From the NCBI RefSeq assembly GCF_963921235.1, contig NC_086097.1, forward strand, positions 200,014,001 through 200,078,000: a stretch of 64,000 nt of DNA. The letters are read 5' to 3'. Below, piece after piece: positions 36,448-49,720 of this stretch (its first letter is position 1; the number at the start of each line of letters is the position of its first letter). The notes beneath the pieces are model-generated. The model saw nothing but the letters and a program-made list of their open reading frames with translations. It was not told where the DNA came from and made no database searches. The DNA comes from Mobula hypostoma (Eukaryota). The translations under genes were made by a program, and so were the position numbers.

Positions 36448-39400
36448 GCGCGTGGCCAAGTGGTTAGGGCGTTGGGCTCACGATCTGAAGGTCACGAGTT
36501 CAAGCCCCAGCCGAAGCAGCGTGTGGTATCTTTGAGCAAGGCACTTAACCACACACTGCTCCAGTCCAGCCAGCTGAAAATGGGTACTGGCAAATGCTGG
36601 GGGTTAACCTCGCGATAGACTGGCGTCCTATCCAGGGGGGAGTCTCGTACTCTCAGTAGCTGGGACGGAGAAGAGGAGAGCTGTCATTATTGGAGACCCT
36701 ATAGTCAGGGGAGCAGACAGGAGATTTTGTGGACGTGAGAAGGACACCTGCATGGTTTGTTGCCTCCTGGGTGCCAGGGTCTGGGATGTCTCTGACCAGG
36801 TGCACGATATCCTGGTACGAGAGGGAAAGCAACCAAAAGTCGTGATACATGTTGGGACCAACGACATAGGCAGGAAGAGGGATGAGGTCCTAGTTCAGGA
36901 ACTAGGCAGAAGGCTGAAGAACAGGACCTCAAGGGTGGCATGCTCAGGATTGCTGCCAGTGCTACATGACAGTGATGGTAAGAATTGGAGGAGATGGCAG
37001 TTGAATGCGTGGCTGGGGAGTTGGTGCAGGGAGCAGGGTTTTAGATGTTTGGATCATTGGGATCTCTTCTGGGGAAGGTTGGACCTGTACAGATTGGATG
37101 GGTTGCACCTGAACTCGAGGGGGAGCAATATCCTTGCAGGTAGGTTCGCTGGCATGGTTCGGGAGGGCTTAAACTAATTTGCGAGGGGATGGGACCCAGA
37201 GCGATAGAGCAGTGAAAGAAGTGCATGGAGTAAAGCCAGATCTAACATACAGAGAGGCTTTGAGGAAAGAGAAGCAGAATAAACGCTGTAAAGACAGTAA
37301 GGTAGAAGGGCTGAAATGTGTGTACCTCAATGCAAGAAGCATCAGGAACAAAGGTGATGAACTGAGAGCTTGGATACATACATGGAATTATGATGTAGTG
37401 GCCATTACAGAGACTTGGCTGGCACCAGGGCAGGAATGGATTCTCAATATTCCTGGATTTCAGTGCTTTAAAAGGGATAGAGGGGGGGGGAAGGGGAGGA
37501 GGGGTGGCGTTACTGGTCAGGGGTACTATTACAGCTACAGAAAGGGTGGGTAATGTAGCAGGATCCTCTTTTGAGTCAGTATGGGTGGAAGTCAGGAACA
37601 GGAAGGGAGCAGTTACTCTACTGGGGGTATTCTATAGGCCCCCTTGTAGCAGCAGAGATACAGAGGAGCAGATTGGGAGGCAGATTTTGGAAAGGTGCAA
37701 AAATAACAGGGTTGTTATCATGGGTGACTTTAACTTCCCTAATACTGATTGGCACCTGATTAGTTCCAAGGGTTTAGATGGGGCTGAGTTTGTTAAGTGT
37801 GTCCAGGATGGATTCCTGTCACAGTATGTGGACAGGCCGACTAGGGGGAATGCTATACTAGATCTAGTACTAGGTAATGAACCGGGTCAGGCCACAGATC
37901 TCTTAGTGGGAGAGCATCTGGGGGACAGTGACCACCGCTCCCTGGCCTTTAGCATTAGCAATGGAAAAGGATAGAATCAGAGAGGACAGGAAAAATTTTA
38001 ATTGGTGAAGGGCAAATTATGAGGCTATAAGGCTGGAACTTGCGGGTGTGAATTGGGATAAGGTTTTTTGCAGGGAAATGTACTATGGACATGTGGTCGA
38101 TGTTTAGAGATATCTTGCAGGATGTTAGGGATAAGTTTGTCCCGGTGAGGAGATAAAGAATGGTAGGGTGAAGGAACCATGGGTGACAAGTGAGGTGGAA
38201 AATCTAGTCAGGTGGAAGAAGGCAGTATACATGAGGTTTAGGAAGCAGGGACCAGATGGGTCTATTGAGGAATATAGGGAAGCAAGAAAGGAGCTTAAGA
38301 AGGGGCTGAGAAAAGCAAGAAGGGGGCATGAGAAGGCCTTGGCCAGTAGGGTAAAGGAAAACCCCAAGGCATTCTTCAATTATGTGAAGAAAAAAAGGAT
38401 GACAGGAGTGAAGGTAGGACCGATTAGAAATAAAGGTGGGAAGATGTGCCTGGAGACTGTGGAAGTGAGCGAGGTCCTCAATGAATACTTCTCTTCGGTA
38501 TTGACCAATGAGAGAGAACTTGATGATGGTGAGGACAATATGAGTGAGGTTGATGTTCTGGAGCATGTTGATATTAAGGGAGAGGAGGTGTTGGAGTTGT
38601 TAAAATACATTAGGACGGATAAGTCCCCGGGACCTGACGGAATATTCCCCAGGCTGCTCCACGAGGTGAGGGTAGAGATTGCTGAGCCTCTGGCTAGGAT
38701 CTTTATGTCCTCGTTGTCCATGGGAATGGTACCGGAGGATTGGAGGAGGCGAATGTTGTCCCTTTGTTCAAAAAAGGTAGTAGGGATAGTCCGGGTAATT
38801 ATAGACCAGTGAGCCTTACGTCTGTGGTGGGAAAGCTGTTGGAAAAGATTCTTAGAGATAGGATCACTGGGCATTTAGAGAATCATGGTCTGATCAGGGA
38901 CAGTCAGCATGGCTTTGTGAAGGGCAGATCGTGTCTAACAAGCCTGATAGAGTTCTTTGAGGAGGTGACCAGGCACATAGATAAGGGTAGTGCAGTAAAG
39001 GCATGGGATCCAGGGAAATTTGGCCAGGTGGATTCAGAATTGGCTTGCCTGCAGAAGGCAGAGGGTGGTGGTGGAGGGAGCACATTCAGATTGGAGGATT
39101 GTGACTAGTGGTGTCCCACAAGGATCTGTTCTGGGACCTCTACTTTTCGTGATTTTTATTAACGACCCGGATGTCGGGGCAGAAGGGTGGATTGGCAAGT
39201 TTGCAGACGACACAAAGGTTGGTGGTATTGTAGACAGTGTAGAGGATTGTCAAAGATTGCAGGGAGACACTGATAGGATGCAGAAGTGGGCTGAGAAGTG
39301 GCAGATGGAGTTCAACCCGGAGAAGTGTGAGGTGGTACACTTTGGAAGGACAAACTCCAAGGCAGAGTACAAAGTAAATGGCAGGATACTTGGTAGTGTG

Positions 39401-40165
39401 GAGGAGCAGAGGGATCTGGGGGTACATGTCCACAGAACCCTGAAAGTTGCCTCACAGGTGGATAGGGTATTTAAGAAAGCTTATGGGGTGTTAGCTTTCT
39501 TTAGTCGAGGGAGAGATTTTAAGAGTCGCGATGTAATGATGCAGCTCTATAAAACTCTGGTTAGGCCACACTTGGAGTACTGTGTCCAGTTCTGGTCGCC
39601 TCACTATAGGAAGGATGTGGAAGGATTGGAAAGGGTACAGAGGAGATTTACCAGGATGCTGCCTGGTTTACAGAGTATGCATTATGATCTGAGATTAAGG
39701 GAGCGAAGGCTTTACTCTTTGGAGAGAAGGAGGATGAGAGGAGACATGATAGAGGTATACAAGATAATAAGAGGAATAGATAGAGTGGATAGCCAGCGCC
39801 TCTTCCCCAGGGCACCACTGTTCAATACAAGATGGCTTTAAGGTAAGGGGTGGGAAGTTCAAGGGGGAAATTAGAGGAAGGTTTTTCACTCAGAGAGTGG
39901 TTGGTGCGTGGAATGCACTGCCTGAGTCAGTGGTGGAGGCAGATACACTAGTGAAGTTTAAGAGACTACTAGACAGGTATATGGAGGAATTTAAAGTGGG
40001 GGCTTATATGGGAGGCAGGGTTTGAGGGTCGGCACAACATTGTGGGCCGAAGGGCCTGTACTGTGCTGTACTATTCTATATTCTACGTTCCTGCCACAGA
40101 AACCGACATAAGTACCGGCCTGATGGGCCCCAAGGCTCGGGACAGATTTTAACTTTAACTTTTAA
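36448..40165 (+). mobile_element. tRNA-derived, MetaSINE-like SINE split by a CR1 insertion (halves 36448-36661 and ~40089-40165)
   Basis: A box TGGCCAAGTGG, B box GAGTTCAAGCC; central 'gcgatagactggcgtcctatccagggggg...ctcagtagct' continues after the LINE as 'tcctgccacagaaaccg...ccggcctgatgggcc', with a TTTAAC-repeat tail. Confidence 0.7.
36662..40088 (+). mobile_element. CR1 LINE (second family): ORF1 esterase plus full-span ORF2 with several frameshifts
   Basis: ORF1 IIGDPIVRG...HVGTNDIG...DGLHLN; ORF2 [35 protein letters not shown]; short RT deletion near 39000; (TATTCTA)-type tail. Confidence 0.93.
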
Positions 40166-40672
40166 AGCTTAAAGGAGGCTGCAGTGGAGGTGTTGTCATC
40201 TTCAAAAATTCCAAAGATTCTAGAACTATTCCCAAAGATTGGTAGGTAGCAATTAACTCCATGACAAAAGAAAGCGGGGGACAGAGAAAATGAGAAATGA
40301 TAAACCAATTAGCCTAACACAGGTGGTAGGTATATGCAAGGTAATGGTAAAAAGACACTTGGAAAAATTATAATATTACATTTATGATATGAAAATTATT
40401 TTTTCTTAATTTAGAGTTTGTGAGGCTACATGTAGCAAACAGAAAAGTGAAAAGCAGTGAATCTGGTATATTTTGATACACAGAATTTCCTCAGCCAAGT
40501 GTACAATGTGCATAATAACACCAGAACAATCACTGCACTGATGCTTAAGAATAGATAACAAATATCATATCCTATTGACATCTTCTGATTGTTTTTCAAA
40601 AATAACTTGTTAAATCGTGACATTTCAATGCATGCCATTTCACAAATTTTTGTTTGGTTTTTCACTGCTTAC

Positions 40673-40804
40673 CTGGACTGAAGATATTTTATTCTTGAGA
40701 GCATATCTAAATGTCCTGCTGAGTATTGTTCAATAACATCCTTCACATCATAAGGTCGTAAAGTCTCCTTGAACCTTTTCTTGTTGAGGTAAAATTTCAT
40801 GATA
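40673..40804 (-). CDS. KCNQ3: KCNQ3 internal coding exon ([43 protein letters not shown]; helices B/C)
   Basis: Acceptor tctcttcAG and donor GTAAG; 132 nt = 1+129+2. Contains the KCNQ family signature [25 protein letters not shown] is KCNQ3-like. Confidence 0.97.
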
Positions 40805-40939
40805 CTGAAGAGATAAATATGGTTACTTTATTTCTCCTTCACTGATTTAGAGAAATCATTTATGTTTTCTCTATGGCAGAAACATTTTCTCTTTGGATAT
40901 TCCATTTGGTTTCTTCAATAATTTTTCAGTCAATCATTT

Positions 40940-42252
40940 TTGAATCAGCATGGTTTCCTTCAGGGAAAATCCTGCCTGACGAAACTGTTGCAATTCTTTG
41001 AGGAGTTTACACTTAGGATAGATAAAAGAGATGCAGTGAATGTTGTATATTTGGACTTTCAGAAGGCATTTAACAAGGTACCACATATGAGGCCACTTAC
41101 CAAGTTAAGAGCCCATGGTATTACAGCAAAGTTGCTAACATGGTTAGAGCATTAGCTGATTGGTAGGAGGCAGTGAGTGGAAATAAAAGGATCCTTTTCT
41201 GGTTGGTTGCCAGTGACTAGTGGTGTTCCACAGGGGTCAGTGTTAGGACCACTTCTTTTTATGCTGTATATAAATGATATAGGTGATGGAATAGATGGCT
41301 TAGTTGCCAAGTTTACAGATGATATGAAGATTGGTGGAGGGGTAGGTAGCATTGAGGAAACAGGTAGGATGCAGAAGGACTTAGGCAGATTAGGAGAATG
41401 GGCAAGAAAGTGGCAAATGAGATACAATGTTGGAAAATGCATGGTCATGCACTTTGGTAGTAGTAATAAATGAGCGGACTATTTTCGAAACGGGGAAAAT
41501 ATCCAGGAATCTGAGATGCAGAGGCACTTGGAAATCCTTGTGCAGAACACCCTGAAGTTTAACTTGTAGGTTGAGTTGGTGGTAAAGAAGGCAAGTGCCA
41601 TGTTAGTATTCATTTCAAGAGTGGTCTAGAATACAAGAGCAAGGATGTGATGCTGAGGCTTTATAAGGCACTGGTGAGGCCGCACCTTGAGTATTATGAG
41701 CAGTTTTGGGCCCCTCATCTTAGAAAAAATATGCTGGCATTGGAGAGAATGCAGAGGAGGTTCACAAGGATGATTCCAGGAATGAAAGGGCTATCATGCA
41801 AGGAACATTTGATGGCTCTGTGTCTGTACTCGCTGGAATTCAGACGGATGAGGGGTGATCTCATTGAAACCTTTCAAATGTTGAAGAGTCCAGACAGAGT
41901 AGATGTGGAAAGGATGTTTCCCATGGTGGGGAGTCTAGGACAAGAAGGCATAGCCTCAGGATAGAGAGGCACCCTTTCAAAACAGAGAAGCGGAGAAATT
42001 TCTTTAGCCAGAACGTGGTGAATTTGTGGAATTTGTTGCCACATGCAGCTGTGGAGGCCAAATCGTTGGGTATATTTAAGGCAGAGATTGATAGGTTCTT
42101 GATTGAACATGGCATCAAAAGTTACGGTAAGAAAGCTGGGAACTGGGGTTGAGGAGGATACAGAAAGAAAAGGGTCAGCCATGATTGAATGACAGAGCAG
42201 ACTCGATTGGCCAGATGGCCTCATTTTGTTCCTATGTCTTATGGCCTTATGG
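40940..42252 (+). mobile_element. CR1 LINE RT/3' fragment (degenerate)
   Basis: [34 protein letters not shown]; (CTTATGG)n tail. Confidence 0.9.
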
Positions 42253-42409
42253 AATAATCAGTTTTGTAAATTAGAATGTGCAATTCCATAACGTTATGAA
42301 GGAATTAGCATTACTCTTACCTAGCTCATTTATTGTCATTTGGCTGAGTATAATAATCCAGTATTTAATAGACCTAGCAAATCTAATACACATTTATCAG
42401 TTTAACAGC

Positions 42410-45400
42410 AATGATGTGGACTACAAATTACAAAAGGATATAGAAAAGGCTTTGTCAGAAGGGCAGTGTTATGATAATTGTGGGGGATTTTAACATGCAA
42501 GTGGATTGTGAAAATCAGGTCAGCACTGGATCTCGAGAGAGAGAATTTGTAGAATGTCTGCGAGATGGCTTTTTAGAACAGCTTGTTGTTGAGCCCACTA
42601 GGGGATCGGCTGTACTGGATTGGGTATTGTATAATGAACCAGAGGTGATTAGAGAGATTGAGGTGAAGGGACCCTTAGGAGGCAGTGATCATAACATGAT
42701 TGAGTTAACTGTGAAATTTGAAAAAGAGAAGCCGAAATTCGTTGTGTCGGTATTTCAGTGGAGTAAAGGAAATTACAGTGGCATGAGAGAGGAACTGGCT
42801 AAAGTTGACTGGAAAGAGACACTGGCGGGAAGGAATGCACAGCAGCAGTGGCTGGAGTTTATGCGAGAAATGAGGAATGTGCAAGACAGGTATATTCCAA
42901 AAAAGAACAAATTTTCGAATGGAAAAAGGATGCAACTGTGGCTGACAAGAGAAGTCAAAGCCAAAGTTAAAGCAAAGGAGTGGGCATACAAGGAAGCAAA
43001 AATTAGTGAGAAGACAGAGGATTGGGAAGCTTTTAAAGCTTATAAAAGGAAACGAAGAAGGTCATTAAGAGGGAAAAGATGAACTATGAAAGGAAGCTAG
43101 CACATAATCTCAAAGAGGATACTAAAAGCTTTCTCAAGTACATAAAGAGTAAAAGACAGGTGAGAGTAGATACAGGACCAATAGAAAATGATGCTGGAGA
43201 AATTGTAATGGGAGATAAGGAGATGGTGGGGGAACTGAACGAGTATTTAGCATCAGTCTTCACTGAGTAAGACATCAGCAGTATACCGGACACTCAAGGG
43301 TGGCAGGGAAGAGAAGTGTGTGCAGTCACAATTACGACAGAGAAAGTACTCAGGAAGCTGAGTAGACTAAAGGTAGATAAATCTCCTGGACCAGATGGAA
43401 TGCACCCTTGTGTTCTGAAGGAAGTAGCTGTGGAGATTGCGGAGGCATTAGAGATGATCTTTCAAAAGTCGATAGATTCCGGCATGGTTCCGGAGGACTG
43501 GAAGATTGCAAATGTCACTCTGTTATTTAAGAAGGCGGCAAGGAAACAAAAAGGAAATTATAGACCTGTTAGCTTGACATTAGTGGTTGGGAAGTTGTTG
43601 GAGTCGATTGTCAAGGATGTGGTTACGGAGTACCTGGAGGCATATGACAAGATGAGCAGAACTCAGCATGGTTTCCTTAAAGGAAAATCCTGCCTGACAA
43701 ACCTATTGCAATTTTTTTGGGGAAATTACCAGTAGGCTAGACAAGGGAGATGCAGTGGATGTTGTATATTTGGATTTTCAGAAGGCCTTTAACAAGTTGC
43801 CACACATGAGGCTACTTAACAAGATAAGAGCCCTTGGAATTATGAGAAAGTTACATACGTGGATAGAGCGTTGGCTGATTGGCAGGAAACAGAGAGTAAG
43901 AATAAAGGGATCCTATTCTGGTTGGCTGCCAGTTACCCATGGTGTTCCACAGGGGTCCGTGTTGGGGCCGCTTCTTTTTACGTTATCAATGATTTAGATT
44001 ATGGAATAGATGGATAGTATCAATTCCAAAGAAGTAGCATACAAATTAGCCAGAGAAAGTGGCTCACCTGAGGACTGGGAGAAATTCAGAGTTCAGCAGA
44101 GGAGGACAAAGGGCTTAATTAGGAAGGGGAAAAAAGATTATGAGAGAAAACTGGCAGGGAACATAAAAACTGACTGTAAAAGCTTTTATAGATATGTAAA
44201 AAGGAAAAGACTGGTAAAGACAAATGTAGGTCCCCTGCAGACAGAAACAGGTGAATTGATTATGGGGAGCAAGGACATGGCAGACCAATTGAATAATTAC
44301 TTTGGTTCTGTCTTCACTAAGGAGGACATAAATAATCTTCCAGAAATAGTAAGGGACAGAGGGTCCAGTGAGATGGAGGAACTGAGTGAAATACATGTTA
44401 GTAGGGAAGTGGTGTTAGGTAAATTGAAGGGGATGAAGGCAGATAAATCCCCAGGGCCAGATGGTCTGCTTCCTAGAGTGCTTAAGGAAGTAGCCCAAGA
44501 AATAGTGGATGCATTAGTGATAATTTTTCAAAACTCGTTAGATTCTGGACTAGTTCCTGAGGATTGGAGGGTGGCTAATGTAACCCCACTTTTTAAAAAA
44601 GGAGGGAGAGAGAAACCGGGGAATTATAGACCGGTTAGCCTAACGTCGGTGGTGGGGAAACTGCTGGAGTCAGTTATCAAGGATGTGATAACAGCACATT
44701 TGGAAAGTGGTGAAATGATCAGACAAAGTCAGCATGGATTTGTGAAAGGAAAATCATGTCTGACGAATCTCATAGAATTTTTTGAGGATGTAACTAGTAG
44801 AGTGGATAGGGGAGAACCAGTGGATGTGGTATATTTGGATTTTCAAAAGGCTTTTGACAAGGTCCCACACAGGAGATTAGTGTGCAAACTTAAAGCACAT
44901 GGTATTGGGGGTAAGGTATTGGTGTGGGTGGAGAATTGGTTAGCAGACAGGAAGCAAAGAGTGGGAATAAACGGGACCTTTTCAGAATGGCAGGCGGTGA
45001 CTAGTGGATAATTTAATGTGGATAAATGTGAAGTTATCCACTTTGGTGGCAAAAATAGGAAAACAGATTATTATCTGAATGGTGGCCGATTAGGAAAAGG
45101 GGAGGTGCAACGAGACCTGGGTGTCATTATACACCAGTCATTGAAAGTGGGCATGCAGGTACAGCAGGCGGTGAAAAAGGCGAATGGTATGCTGGCATTT
45201 ATAGCGAGAGGATTCGAGTACAGGAGCAGGGAGGTACTACTGCAGTTGTACAAGGCCTTGGTGAGACCACACCTGGAGTATTGTGTGCAGTTTTGGTCCC
45301 CTAATCTGAGGAAAGACATCTTTGCCATAGAGGGAGTACAAAGAAGGTTCACCAGATTGATTCCTGGGATGGCAGGACTTTCATATGAAGAAAGACTGGA

Positions 45401-46783
45401 TGAACTGGGCTTGTACTCGTTGGAATTTAGAAGATTGAGGGGGGATCTGATTGAAACGTATAAGATCCTAAAGGGATTGGACAGGCTAGATGCAGGAAGA
45501 TTGTTCCTGATGTTGGGGAAGTCCAGAACGAGGGGTCACAGTTTGAGGATAGAGGGGAAGCCTTTTAGGACTGAGATTAGGAAAAACTTCTTCACACAGA
45601 GAGTGGTGAATCTGTGGAATTCTCTGCCACAGCAAACTGTTGAGGCCAGTTCATTGGCTATGTTTAAGAGGGAGTTAGATATGGCCCTCGTGGCTACAGG
45701 GGTCAGGGGGTATGGAGGGAAGGCTGGGGCGGGGTTCTGAGTTGGATGATCAGCCATGATCATAATAAATGGCGGTGCAGGCTCGAAGGCCGAATGGCCT
45801 ACTCCTGCACCTATTTTCTATGTTTCTATGTTTCTATGGCTTTGTGGCTAAGTTTGCTGATGACACGAAGATAGGTGGAGGGGCCGTTAGTGCTGAGGAA
45901 ATGGAGAGTCTGCAGAGAGACGTGGATAGATTGGAAGAATGGGCAAAGAAGTGGCAAATGAAATACAATGTTGGAAAGTGTATGGTTATGCACTTTGGCA
46001 GAAGAAATAAACAGGCAGGCTATTATTTAAATGGGAAGAGAATTCAAAGTTCTGAGATGCAACGGCACTTGCGAGTCCTCATGCAGGATACCCTTAAGGT
46101 TAACCTCCAGGTTGAGTCGGTGGTGAAGAAGGCGAATGCAATGTTGGCATTCATTTCTAGAGGAATAGAGTATAGGAGCAGGGATGTGATGTTGAGGCTC
46201 TATAAGGTGCTGGTAAGACCTCACTTGGAGTACTGTGGCCAGTTTTGGTCTCCTTATTTAAGAAAGGATGCGCTGACTTTGGAGAGGGTACGGAGAAGAT
46301 TCACTAGAATGATTCCGGGAATGAGAGGGTTAACATATGAGGAACGTTTTTCCGCTCTTGGACTGTATTCATTGGAGTTTAGAAGAATGAGGGGAGACCT
46401 CATAGAAACATTTCGAATGTTGAAAGGCATGGACAGAGTGGATGTGGCAAAGTTGTTTCCCATGATGGGGGAGTCTAGTACGAGAGGGCGTGACTTAAGG
46501 ATTGAAGGGTGCCCATTCAGAACAGAGATGCGATGAAATTTTTTTAGCCAGAGGGTGGTGAATCTATGGAATTTGTTGCCACGGGCAGCAGTGGAAGCCA
46601 AGTCATTGGGTGTATTTAAGGCAGAGATTGATAGGTATCTAAGTAGCCAGGGCATCAAAGGTTATGGCGAGAAGGCGGGGGAGTGGGACTAAATGGGAGA
46701 ATGGATCAGCTCATGATAAAATGGCGGAGAAGACTCGATGGGCCGAATGGCCAACTTCTGCTCCTTTGTCTTATGGTCTTATG
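42410..46783 (+). mobile_element. Older CR1 LINE (EN + RT) split by copy C
   Basis: IVGDFN and SDHNM EN motifs; RT reads DLDYGIDG|FVAKFADD across the insertion; (CTTATGGT)n tail. Confidence 0.9.
44014..45835 (+). mobile_element. CR1 LINE copy C (family of A/B), nested, with the same RT deletion as copy B at ~45008
   Basis: Near-identical to A and B; flanked by ATGG at 44010-44013 and 45836-45839 (TSD or microhomology). Confidence 0.95.
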
Positions 46784-47009
46784 GTAGGAGGCAGTAGAAG
46801 TCTGCATCAGAAAATTCTTCTGCCAATCACTGTCAAACTGATCTAATCCTGTTCTCAGTGGCATCCCTTTCTCCATTTATTTTAGCACGTTACTCTTAAG
46901 CTTGATGCTTTACTTAATTCTGTTTCACTTCCCTGAATCCTCACTGTCATACTTTTGCATATGCCCCTCCTTTTACTGCATCCAAATTTTCACTCCTCAT
47001 ATCTTATAG

Positions 47010-48225
47010 GATATGAGAAGTGGTTGCTTCAGGCAGACACAGGATGGGTTCACGAAGAGCAGCCTTTGTTTGATGAATTTAGTGGAGTTCTTTGAGGATA
47101 TATAATGAGTGCAGTTGATGGAGTGGAACAGGTGGATGCTGTATACTTGTATTTTCAGAAGACATTCAATAAGTTGCCCCATAAAACATTTATTGATAAG
47201 GTAAGACTACATGGAGGTAAGGGTAATGTATTAGCATGGATAGAGGTTAACCTGTAGAAAGAAGAGAGTTGATATAAATGGGTGTATCTCTGACTGGCAG
47301 GCAGTAGTGAGCAGTGTGCCACAAATATTGGTGCTGAGCCTGCAATTGTTCACAATATACATTAACGATTTTGAAGAGGTGACCAAGAGTAACGTCTTGA
47401 AGTTTGCTGATGACACTAAATTGAGTGGAAGAGCGAGTTGTGCAGAGCATGTGAAGAGCCTAGAGAGAGATATAGATAAATAGTGTAAGTGGGCAAGGGG
47501 AGTACATTGTTGGAGTACATCGTCAATGGAATATATTGTTGGTAAATGTGGTTATCCATGTTGGAAGGGAAAATAGAAAATCAGATTATGATTTTAAAAA
47601 AGTGTAAGATTGCAGCATGTTGTTGTGAGGATTGGGAATGCTTGTGCATGAATTACAAAAGGTTGGTTTGCAGGTGCAACAGTTTATCTAGAAGGCAAAT
47701 GGAATGTTGGCCTTCATTGCTAGAGGGATTGAATTTAAGAGCTGGTATGTTATGCTGCAAATGAACAGGGTACTGGTGAGGCTGCATCTGGAGTACTGCA
47801 CGCAGCTTTGATCTCGTTACTTGAGAAAAGATATGCTGGCATTGGAAATTATGCAGAGGAGGTTCATGATGTTGATTCCAGAGATGAGGAGGTTAACCTA
47901 TGAGGAGAGACTGAGTCACCTGGCACTATACTTACTGGATTTCAGCAGAATAAGAGGGGATCTTGAAGAAACAAATGTACAAAGTTATGAAAAGGATAGA
48001 TGGGTTACTGGCAGGAAAATTGTTTCTGCTAGTAAGTGAATCTAGAACATCATAAAATATATTTAAGACACAGTTAGATGGATTTTGGCATAGCAGGGGA
48101 ATTAAGGGCTAAGGAAAAAGGCAGGTAGGTTGAGCTGAGTCCACAGAGAGATCAGCCATAATCTTATTGAAGACAGAGCAGGCTCGATGGGCCAAGGGCC
48201 TCCTTCTGCTCTATTTCTTACGTTC
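47010..48225 (+). mobile_element. Old degenerate CR1 RT/3' fragment
   Basis: Remnant 'gagttctttgaggat', 'aagtttgctgatgacac' (KFADDT) and CR1 3' UTR. Confidence 0.8.
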
Positions 48226-49239
48226 TTTTAGCTTCTGCTATAGGTCCCCAAACATCGGAACTCGGGCTCTATTTCCTCTTAAACCAAGAACCTGACATTG
48301 TGCAATTGCTAATTTTGATATTTCTGATCCTTTCTCCTCTTGTAGTTTACTAACTAACTAAAGCTTTTTATCTAGGCGTCCTCTTTCCTGTAATTAAGGT
48401 AGTGATTTCATCTGAATCATTGCAATGTTTGGGTTTTACTCTAATGTTAATAGAAAACAAAATAAATCCAGCTAATCTAACCTTGGCAGGATAATTAAAC
48501 CTCTTTCTGCACTGCAGAGGGAATAGTGTTCTCATGTTCATGTGAAAAGAAGGAAAGCTCTCAGTCGATTTTTCCCATGGAATGATCAACACAATTATGC
48601 TCTTGTCTGATTGAATTTCATCATGTAATGCAAGACAGAATTAATCAAAAACTGATACCTATAAGTTACTCTGTTCAAAATATATTGTGTTTCAGAAACT
48701 TTAAAAGTCCAAATAACATCTGCTTTTGAGCTTCTGGCTTTGTCCTTGTTTTGTTAGTAAAATAATGTGAAAACCAAGTGGTGTTGTACAGAATGCTCAG
48801 TTTATTAGTTGAAGCTCGCAAGAAAATAGCTCACATACTTTAATCCTTCATTCACAAGAATCCACAGAGCTACTCTTTTTTTCTGACTGGCAGAACCAGC
48901 TTTGAGAATTCCATCCACACTCTGGAGATTCGAGCAGAGCAAGATAGATACAGCATCAACATAATTAATACTGTACCTTCCGTGATCTCAAAACCATAGG
49001 GGTCTTCTAAAACCCAATAGTTCCAGATCCTAAGTTCCTCTACTTCATTTGCCATTTCTTCATTCTTTTGTTGACCATGCTGGCACATTGCAACCATGGT
49101 CCTGGACCTTCACCCTAGCTTCTCATTTTTTAAAAGGAGAAGGCATATAGTATTACACTTCCAGTGTGGATTCCATGCTTAAAGCACAGAGGCAACAGTT
49201 CTCTATATGCTGAACCTTCCAAGCATTGCACTAGGACCG

Positions 49240-49720
49240 GAGAGGCTTCATGAGAATGATTTCAGGAATGAGAGGGTTAACATATGAGGGGCATTTGCTG
49301 GCTCTGGGCCCGTACTCGCTGGGGTTCAGAAGAATGAAGGGGGAGTCTCACTGAACCCTATTGAATGTTGAAAGGCATAGATAGAGTAGATGTGGGGAGG
49401 ATGTTTCCTACGGTGGAGGAGTCTAGGACCAGAGAGCACAGCCTCAGAATAGAGGGACATTGATTTAGAAAAGAGATGAGGAAGAATTTCTTTCACCAGA
49501 GGGTAGTAATTCATTGCCACAGATGGCTGTGGTGGCTAAGTCATTGGGTATATTTAAAGTGGAGGCTGATATGTTCTTAATTAGTCATGACGTCAAAGGT
49601 TATGGGGAGAAGGCAAGAGAATGGGATTGAGAGGGATAATAATCAGCTATGATGGAATGCTGGAACAGACGCAAAGGGCTGAATGGCCCAATTCTGCTCC
49701 TCTGTGGTCTTATGGGTCTA
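49240..49720 (+). mobile_element. CR1 3' fragment
   Basis: Similar to 41750-42250 and 46290-46783. Confidence 0.8.

Noticed and set aside
36448..36520. tRNA-like sequences (also 2395-2460) as real tRNA genes
   Set aside because: They continue into SINE bodies and tails and lack a clean cloverleaf and oligo-T terminator.
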